Part shown: piece after piece, positions 41,277-50,775 of the stretch | Layout: the number at the start of each line of letters is the position of its first letter | Numbering within the stretch: position 1 is the stretch's first letter | NCBI GenBank assembly: GCA_049724395.1 | Contig: JAUGWO010000107.1 | Coordinates: 1 to 64,000 of the forward strand | Direction of reading: 5' to 3' | DNA length: 64,000 nt | Source: Spongospora subterranea f. sp. subterranea | Lineage: Eukaryota | The notes under the pieces: generated by a model | Databases searched by the model: none | What the model saw: the letters and a program-made list of their open reading frames with translations, nothing else | Told to the model about the DNA's origin: nothing | Translations under genes and position numbers: made by a program

Positions 41277-44200
41277 TTATGATCTTGGGGTTGAAAGCTT
41301 CACGTCCTCATATCCACTGGCTCGAAGTAATGCCATTATCTCCTCAATATGATCATATCCTCGGGTTTCAATAGTTAAAATAGGCTGGGTCTGTTGGACA
41401 CTTGCCAAAAGAAAGGCACGTTCTAAAACCAACATTATAAGAGAGAAGATTTTGATGAAATATTTGATGTTAACACCAACCATGTTCAACATCCCGAACA
41501 TTAGCACGAGTCTGTGATATCAGCGATAATACCTTAGCGAGCTCGCCTGGACTGTCTTTTATTGTCACTGCCAGACGAGCTATACGCCCGCTTCGAACCA
41601 AACCCCGTTCGATTATCCTGGCCCATAAATTGGGAAAGCAAAATTCGGGACGATAGTGGTGGAAATGGTTCATACCGAGATAGAACTGACATATCTATGT
41701 TGGATCCGGTGCAAATAGCGGCTACTTGTTGTCCTTTAACTTTAAGATGCCCATATATAATCGCTGCTAAGGGCGTGGCACCACTTCCCTCAACGACTGT
41801 CTTCTCCTTCTCGAGTAGGGTCAAGACGCTAGCCGCGACCTCGTCTTCATTTACAACAACAATATCATCAATCAGCTCGTTAATAATTTTGAATGGAATC
41901 TGCCAATCGAAATATCCATGTTCAACGAATACTACGAGACCCCTGGCTTTGCAGACTGACTTCTCCAACTGTTTCAATGGCGATACCATCGCATATGGTC
42001 TGTTGCCTCCCGACTTTAGTCACTTTGCCGGCATCAACTGAGGCTCGCATGCCAGACATCTCCTTGGATTCTACTCCATATAGCTGAAATAGATTTTATA
42101 ACAAGAAATAGGGACGACAGACCACCGACTTTAATTCGAGGATTAACGTGTTTCAATACAAGGGCCATCCCTAATAAATCATTAAGAGACAATCAGATAA
42201 TGACCTAACCGATCTCGCCTGCAATAAGTCCTCCGCCTCCGACAGGAACTACAACCGAATCCAGATACGCGTTCTGAAAGTACACTCAGTCATGCGAAAT
42301 ATTATATTAGGAACGAACCTGCTTTAATAATTCGAGAGCAACCGTCCCTTGGCCTGATTGGTGGTTAGATAGGCGTTCGAGAGTTGAAATGGCATTCGCG
42401 AACCTGCTACTACGTCACGATCGTTAAACGCATGGACGAAGACTCGATTTTCGGCTTCTGCAATATCAACTGCTTTCTGATAAGCCTCAGCGAAGCCTGT
42501 AAGCTTTATTATGTATAACCAAAAAAAGATAAGGGCCTGAAAATTCACATACCAGACCCGTGCAGTACAACTTTTGCCCCAAACGATTCCGTAGCTTTTA
42601 CTTTAACCTGCTACAGATTCAAAATACAACTTGGGATGTGAGGTTATAGCCATAATATACAAAAGGTGTTGTTGAGGGCATAACGATGACGGCATTGATA
42701 TTCAGGCGAGTGCTGTGAAAACTAACAGCTTGTGCGTGATTCCCTGCTGATGAACAAACAACGCCTGGAAATACCCGTCATTCAATGTGCTGAGTAGCAA
42801 ATCGGAATCAACCTTGGCCCCTTTCTGATTCTGATAGCGTCAAAAGTTTGTTCAATGCGCCTCTCTCTTTATAGCTTCCTTCACAAAAATATTCTTCAAC
42901 ATTTTGTTGTTAAAGCTAAGTAGTCAAATACCTGTTCTAGATGTGTGTTCTGATGTGGCGCGTTGATGAGCATAAGTTTCATAATATCTTTCAAAACAAA
43001 TCACTGACCTTCTTTCAGGAATAATTCACAATCTAAACAGAGGGACAAAAGTCAACACAAATTCTGAAAACGCTTTGCACAGCACCGTTAGCGGCGGACA
43101 GCGAATGGGAGTATTTCAGCGGGCTCTGTTCTATGTATGATGAGATACGCTTGTGGGCCTGTCTTAAGAAATAAGGAACATTTGGCCAACGACCTCATTA
43201 GCATCAAGATCTGGTTTCCTTCAAGACGTCAGCGTATGTTCATTACAATACGGGGAATGCGATACCACTTACACAGTCCCACTTATGAGTTATGACCGTG
43301 TCAGTCTCACCTGAACATATCAAGTCGTCATGGTGGACGACTGGACATGTTCATTACAATACGGGGAATGCGATACCACTTACACAGTCCCACTTATGAA
43401 AGTTATGACCGTGTCAGTCTCACCTGAACATATCAAGTCGTCATGGTGGACTGGACATGTTCATTACAATACGGGGAATGCGATACCACCAGATTTCCCT
43501 CGATATATATAGATCATATCTGGTTTCCATTATGACAGTGGTGGACGACTGGACACTTAATATGACCGTGTCAGTCCACCTGAACATATCAAGTCGTCAT
43601 GGTGGACGACTGGACATGTTCATTACAATACGGGGAATGCGATACCACTTACACAGTCCCACACTTATGAGTTATGACCGTGTCGGGGAATGCGATACCA
43701 CTTACACAGTCCCACTTATGACCGTGTCAGTCTGAACATATCAAGTCGTCATGGTGGACGACTGGACATGTTCATTACAATGCGGGGAATGCGATACCAC
43801 TTACACAGTCCCACTTATGACCGTGTCAGTCTCACCTGAACATATCAAGTCGTCATGGTGGACGACTGGACATGTTCATTACAATGCGGGGTGCGATACC
43901 ACTTACACAGTCCCACTTATGACCGTGTCAGTCTCACCAGAACATATGTCGTCATGGTGGACGACTGGACATGTTCATTACAATGCGGGGAATGCGATAC
44001 CACTTACACAGTCCCACTTATGACCGTGTCAGTCTCACCAGAACATATCAAGTCGTCATGGTGGACGACTGGACATGTTCATTACAATGCGGGGAATGCG
44101 ATACCACTTACACAGTCCCACTTATGACCGTGTCCTGAACATATCAAGTCGTCATGGTGGACGACTGGACATGTTCATTACAATGCGGGGAATGCGATAC

Positions 44201-44817
44201 CACTTACACAGTCCCACTTATGACATATCAAGTCGTCATGGTGTCAGTCTCACCTGAACATATCAAGTCGTCATGGTGGACGACTGGACATGTTCATTAC
44301 AATGCGGGGAATGCGATACCACTTACACAGTCCCACTTATGACCGTGTCAGTCTCACCAGAACATATCAAGTCGTCATGGTGGACGACTGGACATGTTCA
44401 TTACAATGCGGGGAATGCGATACCACTTACACAGTCCCACTTATGACCGTGTCAGAATGCTACCACCTGAACATATCAAGTCGTCATGGTGGACGACTGG
44501 ACATGTTCATTACAATGCGGGGAATGCGATACCACTTACACAGTCCCACTTATGACCGTGTCAGTCTCACCAGAACATATCAAGTCGTCATGGTGGACGA
44601 CTGGACATGTTCATTACAATGCGGGGAATGCGATACCACTTACACAGTCCCACTTATGACCGTGTCAGTCTCACCAGAACATATCAAGTCGTCATGGTGG
44701 ACGACTGGACATGTTCATTACATGCGGGGAATGCGATACCACTTACACAGTCCCACTTATGACCGTGTCAGTCTCACCAGAACATATCACACTAATGGCG
44801 GGGTCTGCCTCGTACAT
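41277..44817 (-). CDS. Threonine dehydratase/ammonia-lyase with C-terminal ACT domain; exon 1 interrupted by a tandem array
   Basis: [36 protein letters not shown]-like, [19 protein letters not shown] ([13 protein letters not shown]). N-terminus [17 protein letters not shown] is split by 43237-44784. Confidence 0.9.
43237..44784. repeat. Tandem array of about 15 copies of a 104-bp unit containing an 18-bp-stem hairpin
   Basis: Unit ATGACCGTGTCAGTCTCACCWGAACATATCAAGTCGTCATGGTGGACGACTGGACATGTTCATTACAATRCGGGGAATGCGATACCACTTACACAGTCCCACTT. Some copies truncated. Confidence 0.97.
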
Positions 44818-44958
44818 GCTCCTCAATCCGGATCATCATGTAATTGCTTTGTGCAGCGCCAACTAGCCTTATGTTTATGCCAAGTATTCTTGAATATCAT
44901 TGGCATATCGATCTCTATTGCAAGTGAGTTATATTCTTTCAACCAGACGGCTGTTTTG

Positions 44959-46036
44959 TTAAAGATAAGCGTTTATGTTAAATGCAACCGAATTAGGATC
45001 AAGATCTGGATGAAGACAATTACATAATCGTCTAAGATCTGGGTGAAAGCTGTGACAGTCAAGAAGATGGGCTCTGGCATTGACAACACATTGATTATTG
45101 ATTACACCAGGAAATAGACGGCTTTCCTGTGTTGAGCACGTTCTACAAGGGGCATTAGGAAAAAATGCATCACAGCTGTTAACGGTATTGAGGAAGGTCT
45201 CCTCGCATCCATAGCCCATATCACGACAGGCTCTTGCACAGCTCACTCCTAACCTGATCATATCCCTCAGTCATGGTCACGATTGTCAGAGGAATATGCG
45301 ATTCAATACGGTGCCAGTATAACAGTGCCGCTTGATGAGAATGATAAAGGATCAGGACGAGGTCCATAGCAAAACTTAAGATCGTTTTTAAACCGATTCC
45401 CAGATACAGTTGATGAACTGCTAAACTGGCAAATGTTTGAGCATGATTCGAAATCCTTAAACGATCCGATCTGATGCGTTGATAACGATAAACAGCATGA
45501 TACACATAATGAATGTCTAGTGCAGCATTGCCAGACAGTTGAGCACCCTTCGCGACATGGCTACGAGATCAGGTCGGGTCAACAACGAATACGCAATATG
45601 ATAACGATAAACTCACAGTTATATCCAATGATGACGAGCAACATCCGTTATTAAATTGGTGGTTTCGCCGGCAGACTTGCCCAAGGCTATCGACTACTAA
45701 ATTCGGCTCAATTTTGGAGTATAGACACTTTGAGTTGATGGCGTCTTCAGGATAAGGAATGGACCAAGGAGGAGGATCACTCTGCGGCCAATGAAGGACC
45801 GCTGCTAACTGCCTCGGTGACCTGGACAACTCTTCAGTAAATTCCTGATATCAGTGGAACATTTTGAAGGGTATTGAGTACTTATTAATTGCATGTTCAC
45901 TTCTATAGGTTATATATATATATTGCAATATAATACCTGTAAAGAATAGGCTCACCACTCCCATAGACATCATAACATATCGCCACGATAATGAATAGGC
46001 TGATCGAGACCTGGTGGCAGCCATCCAACCAGGCAT
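44959..46036 (-). CDS. SPRING1/C12orf49-like cysteine-rich membrane protein with an extra C-terminal Cys-rich domain
   Basis: N-terminal TM, VVDSLGQVC..NGCC, CC....CVSCCL, then GVSCARAC..RRLCNC. Confidence 0.7.
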
Positions 46037-46144
46037 TGATAATCCACAATTAATATACCAGCAGCGGCTGGACCGGGTGGACTCGCCTTGTTCCTGGACT
46101 TGTCCCTAACCTTAATCCCTAATGATCCTCGGAGATCGGATGGA

Positions 46145-46912
46145 TTATGAGATCATCTTGGGGTCCGCATTTTGATCTTGGCTTGAATTTATACTGCTAT
46201 TTGATATGGGGATTATGATTAGCGATGGGTGTCTAATTGTGGTTAAAGGCGTGAGTGTTGTCCCGTTGATATAATGAACGGTGGTTTCGTTGATAATATT
46301 GAGGGTAAGGAGGCGATCTAACGCCTGCCAAGTTATATGAATCAGACGTTGATGGCGATAGGGTCTATATCTTATATATATGCTGGGAAAGCTGATCAGG
46401 CCCATATAAATGGTTATTCCAGCACCAGCTGTTGCTAGATTCAGACAATATGGGCTAAACTGCATCGCTCGAACATCATCATTGTTATCAATGTTAATCA
46501 TAGCTTTATGGGAGATGCAATCCCGAATAAACGACCATATAAATATACGATTATCAACTCCACGACTAGCAATCATAGACTCATCTGGTGAATATTCTAC
46601 ATTGACGACTGAGCTAGTATGCCCTTGAAGATGCATTATATGGGGCGAGCCAATAACACGAGATACTGATGAGCAAGAAGCATCACAGTTGATGATATCC
46701 AGGGAGTTGCCCTGGCATTTGACTATTGCCCACCGTCTTCGAGGCATCCAGATCACAATCCATGGATCATTATACTGATCCGGACGACCGGGCGCTACTC
46801 TGTAGGATACCACTTGCGATCTGTCAGGATGAACTGATCTATTAGCCCTGTATCGGCTATACAATACACCCCATATATCTCTCTTATTACAGTCGGAGAG
46901 AATGGGGATCAT
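46145..46912 (-). CDS. WD40-repeat protein
   Basis: LQGHTSSVVNVEYSPDESMIASRGVDNRIFIW, plus a second partial repeat. Confidence 0.7.
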   Translation of the reverse strand: MIPILSDCNKRDIWGVLYSRYRANRSVHPDRSQVVSYRVAPGRPDQYNDPWIVIWMPRRRWAIVKCQGNSLDIINCDASCSSVSRVIGSPHIMHLQGHTSSVVNVEYSPDESMIASRGVDNRIFIWSFIRDCISHKAMINIDNNDDVRAMQFSPYCLNLATAGAGITIYMGLISFPSIYIRYRPYRHQRLIHITWQALDRLLTLNIINETTVHYINGTTLTPLTTIRHPSLIIIPISNSSINSSQDQNADPKMIS

Positions 46913-46971
46913 TGCTGGTCATGTCTGGGGGTGAGGATCAATAATGATGGTACAGTACAGCACTAGGTTAA

Positions 46972-48597
46972 TCATTTATTGAGCGATTCCAATCGCCTTT
47001 TAATGTTCGCGACAACCCGATCAACATTCTCTTGAAAGGATGAACGTATGGGAGAGTTGGCTAGGCTAGAAGAGTCTTTGATGTGAATTTCATTCGCAGC
47101 CGAGGAGCGTCGCAATTTATCGGTTGCTCTCTTGATTTTAGCTTTTGCACGAATTCGTAACCTAGCTGCGGTGACATATTTTTCTCTTTGAAAATAACTA
47201 GAGTCCCATCGTGCAGGTTTTGTATGATTCATGAACTCCTTGATCGAATCCCTCACAACAGCGTGTAAATTCCCTTCATCAACCTCAAAACATGAAACAC
47301 AGAACTGGATCATACGACTATATCGAAAATGTTCCTGACATTGATGAGAGTAATGGCGAAACCCCCAATAAAATACAAATTGGCCTGAACTAGCGGCTTC
47401 TTCTGGGGTGGGATCATCAAACGGGCAGGGGCAACCACAATCTTCTATCAGTATTGAGTCATTAATGTGAGATTTGATTGGATCCCTCGTGACATCTGGA
47501 ACTAATTCTGAGACATCGAATATATCTTCATATTCCCTGAGAATGCGCTTTATCTTGTAGGATACGATTTTGAAATCATGGAACCAATCAGCAAACTTGA
47601 TAACGGCGAGTGAATCACCTTCAGGATCGATATGTTTATTGAACCGCTGCTGGGGTATTGGTCCTGCCAGCCATCGATCAAATGGCGTTGGCTCAGCTGT
47701 TGATCGCGGCCCAAACAGCATTAAAGAGGAGATAACAACCACCGCCGCCAACTCTATAATAGTTGGGCCATCTCCCTGTTTACAACTATTGAGGTGCCTC
47801 AATAGATAGGCGGCGAGAGGGGAGAGAACCGGTGCAGGTAATCCCAACTTAATAATATACCTTGTGATGAGGAGAGGGATGTTGCCAGATATGGGAAGGG
47901 ATACAGGGAGAGAGGTCATTATGGTTTTGGCCCTGCCATAGACCTCATCGGCCACAGCGTCCATTGCCCTCAGATTGAGGTGCGCTGAGCGAGGGCGTAG
48001 GAACATTTTCAGCCTAGGGGTGAGCTGAGCCTGAATCAGTTGGGGCATAAGAGAGGATAGTGTAAGGGTGGGAATGACACCTGATTTGGCTAAACAGGAT
48101 ATGTCGGCCATGGTGACCGGCTCCCGAATAAGGAGACACCCTAACCCTATTATTGCTAATGTTGTGCAGGGATCAATGGGATATCCATCATTAGAGTCAT
48201 ATTTGAGGCGGATTTCTAGTCTAAACTCTCCATCGTTTTCCCGTCTGATGGTTTCGAAGAACGCTATGAACAAATTGCCAGTTATTGTTAATAACGTTCG
48301 CCTGTCCGCTGATATCTCATCACATAATGCTATTACTTGTAGATATAATGCATACTGTAATGATGATAGAATAACAGGGGTTGGGGTTATCTTATCCAAA
48401 GGTGATTGTTCTTCCTGAACAGGCTTTAATCGGCTAGGCCGACGAATGGCTAGATTTCCGGTACCACCCATCAAGAATTCACTCTCCTCTTGAGTAGCAG
48501 CCAGACTTTGCACACCACAATCATCACATACCAGGAATCCAAGATAGTTCTTGGTCAACGCCATGCTTTTGCATAATCTACAGACTGCATTTGGCAT
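46972..48597 (-). CDS. RRN7: RNA polymerase I initiation factor RRN7/TAF1B-like
   Basis: N-terminal zinc ribbon CRLC...GFLVCDDCG, cyclin-like TLAIIGLGCLLIREPVTMADI...G.IP. Intronless. Confidence 0.75.
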   Translation of the reverse strand: MPNAVCRLCKSMALTKNYLGFLVCDDCGVQSLAATQEESEFLMGGTGNLAIRRPSRLKPVQEEQSPLDKITPTPVILSSLQYALYLQVIALCDEISADRRTLLTITGNLFIAFFETIRRENDGEFRLEIRLKYDSNDGYPIDPCTTLAIIGLGCLLIREPVTMADISCLAKSGVIPTLTLSSLMPQLIQAQLTPRLKMFLRPRSAHLNLRAMDAVADEVYGRAKTIMTSLPVSLPISGNIPLLITRYIIKLGLPAPVLSPLAAYLLRHLNSCKQGDGPTIIELAAVVVISSLMLFGPRSTAEPTPFDRWLAGPIPQQRFNKHIDPEGDSLAVIKFADWFHDFKIVSYKIKRILREYEDIFDVSELVPDVTRDPIKSHINDSILIEDCGCPCPFDDPTPEEAASSGQFVFYWGFRHYSHQCQEHFRYSRMIQFCVSCFEVDEGNLHAVVRDSIKEFMNHTKPARWDSSYFQREKYVTAARLRIRAKAKIKRATDKLRRSSAANEIHIKDSSSLANSPIRSSFQENVDRVVANIKRRLESLNK

Positions 48598-49240
48598 GAT
48601 TAACGCTGTGGCGCTGATTAGACCAAGAAAAGGGTTTCCGGTTGGCAAGTCAAATAGCGTTATAAGTTGCGGACTTGCAAAACATTGTTAGTATTTTACC
48701 ATGTCTCACCAAGTTGTCAAACCTTTTCCTAAAAAAAAAAACACACTTAACCTCGTGTAGGATGCCTTCCACCATTAAACCTGGTTTTTTGTTTGCAAGG
48801 ATCACTTCCCATACGTTGGCTATTTTCATTTTAAACTGGGTCGGTGAAGCTCAAGTCAAATCTAACAATAAGGTGGTATGGATTTTAATTTCAGACGAAA
48901 GCCCAACGAGTAAACGGAAGTTAATAAACTGTTCATGTTGATCATGTTTTAATCTGATACAGCTAGACTACAATAACGCTTATCGACCCCCCTATTAATC
49001 TACAATATATAGGATTGTAGTAAGTGACCAAGACTCCTTTCCTGATGAAAAATGATGAGAAACAATCTCGGTGTGATTCAAAGCACTGCGTTCAGCAATT
49101 TTAGACCATGTTTGGTGTAATAATTCTATCAGGCTTCACGTCAGAGCAAGACCTGAGTTCGTAATCCATTTCTCTGACAATGTTTCCTGCCACAAGGAGT
49201 TCCACACAGAAATCAATCAGTCTTCACGCGCCCAATAAGC

Positions 49241-50683
49241 ATGTCGAATAATGCTCAAGCTCAAAGACAGGAAATCCTGCGCGATAATATGCGAATAACA
49301 CTGACGCGACGAAGATTATTATCTTTTTTGATCTCGATTGCACCGCGACACATTGACATCGTAACACAAACGCCAAATACAAAGCCTCGAATTTCAAAAG
49401 AGGAAGTGGTTGAACTCTTTCAAGAGACTGATAACGGACGTAAAAGAAAGGGAAAGAGAAAGAAGAACAAAAGGAAGACACGAACTGCGGGATCAAGGCA
49501 AAACGACGAGACTACAGTGGCAGAGGAGTGCATAGAAACGAAAGAGGAAACAGTTGAAGAACAGAATCAGGAAGCGGAGGTCAATCCGCTTCAACAAAAA
49601 GGAAACGAGGAGAAAGAAGCAGCAGAGCGCTCATTTGAACATGAGTATCAAACTGAAGAAGAGACAGTCGATATTCCAGAAACCATAGTGCAAAACAACC
49701 TTGATGAACATATCGAACAAGAACCATTAGGGCAAAATGAAGATACAAGGAGTTCTATTCAAAGCCATGCTGATAATCACGAATCATATGAGCAAAATGA
49801 AGATACAATATCAACGAGTTCTGCTGATAATCATGAAGCACAAGAATCATATAGGCAAAATGATACCGTATCAATAAGTTCTCTTGATAATCATGAAGCA
49901 CAAGAATCATATAGGCAAAATGATACCGTATCAATAAGTTCTCTTGATAATCATGAAGCACAAGAATCATATAGGCAAAATGACACCGTATCAATAAGTT
50001 CTCTTGATAATCATGAAGCACCAGAATCATATGGGCAAAATGAAGATACTGTATCAACGAGTTCTGTTGATAATCATGAAGCACAAGAATCATATGGGCA
50101 CGAAACAGATGATGAACCAAAGATGAGTGCGCAAAACGACCTGGACGACAATGAAACACAAAAACTACCATATGGACTCAATGACGATAATGATTCAGAG
50201 ATAATGGTGCAAGACAGTCTTGAAGAGCCGGAAGTTCAACGCGCATTTGGACAACTAGAATTAAGTAGTGAACGTGGTCTGGGAAACGAGCCACAAATGG
50301 AGATTAATGAGGAGAAAAACGGCGACAATTTGTGGAAAGAAGAGTTAACAATAGACTGGGATCAAGTGCAACTGAGCCGAAAAACATTATCTGTCGCATG
50401 GAATGTCGACTCAGGTGCGCATATAGCCCTTCTTCATGGCAGGATCGACCAACTGCAAACGGAGCTGACAGGTATATGTCTGTCTTGTTACGAGGCACAA
50501 GGACGAATGCAAGAAGCTGAAGAGCGACTAACTATAGTTGCCAGAGATCAACAGATTATGACTGATGAGATAACAGTACGATTCAATGAAGAAAGCGCAC
50601 AAAGACAAATGGCGGATCAGAGATTGATAGCAAGGTTGAGAGCAATTGAGCAATATATTGTTGCACATAGAGATGATTTGTGA
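49241..50683 (+). CDS. Acidic, repeat-containing coiled-coil hypothetical protein
   Basis: 480-aa intronless ORF, basic NLS-like RKRKGKRKKNKRK, E/D-rich middle, heptad-like C-terminus. Confidence 0.7.
   Translation: MSNNAQAQRQEILRDNMRITLTRRRLLSFLISIAPRHIDIVTQTPNTKPRISKEEVVELFQETDNGRKRKGKRKKNKRKTRTAGSRQNDETTVAEECIETKEETVEEQNQEAEVNPLQQKGNEEKEAAERSFEHEYQTEEETVDIPETIVQNNLDEHIEQEPLGQNEDTRSSIQSHADNHESYEQNEDTISTSSADNHEAQESYRQNDTVSISSLDNHEAQESYRQNDTVSISSLDNHEAQESYRQNDTVSISSLDNHEAPESYGQNEDTVSTSSVDNHEAQESYGHETDDEPKMSAQNDLDDNETQKLPYGLNDDNDSEIMVQDSLEEPEVQRAFGQLELSSERGLGNEPQMEINEEKNGDNLWKEELTIDWDQVQLSRKTLSVAWNVDSGAHIALLHGRIDQLQTELTGICLSCYEAQGRMQEAEERLTIVARDQQIMTDEITVRFNEESAQRQMADQRLIARLRAIEQYIVAHRDDL
49768..50100 (+). 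repeat. Coding tandem repeat of about 60-63 bp (DNHEAQESYRQNDTVSISSL), about 5-6 copies
   Basis: Near-identical repeats visible in both DNA and protein. Confidence 0.92.
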
Positions 50684-50775
50684 ATCCAACGTGAGTAGAC
50701 GGAAAGGACAACTACCAGCAATACCGAATAAAAAAAGACCGGAAGAAACCCATGGTGAAATGGCAAAACTGTATA

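Noticed and set aside
43251..43270. TRIM-like PPT/PBS signals (GGGGAATG; reverse TGGTATC) in the unit
   Set aside because: Too short, on opposite strands, and not arranged as LTR-PBS-PPT-LTR.
43237..44784. CRISPR array
   Set aside because: The whole unit repeats, there are no unique spacers, no cas genes are present, and the context is eukaryotic.
43330..45027. Cys-rich ORFs ([15 protein letters not shown]...) in the array
   Set aside because: Products of a 104-bp unit cycling through frames with regular stops; no evidence they are coding.
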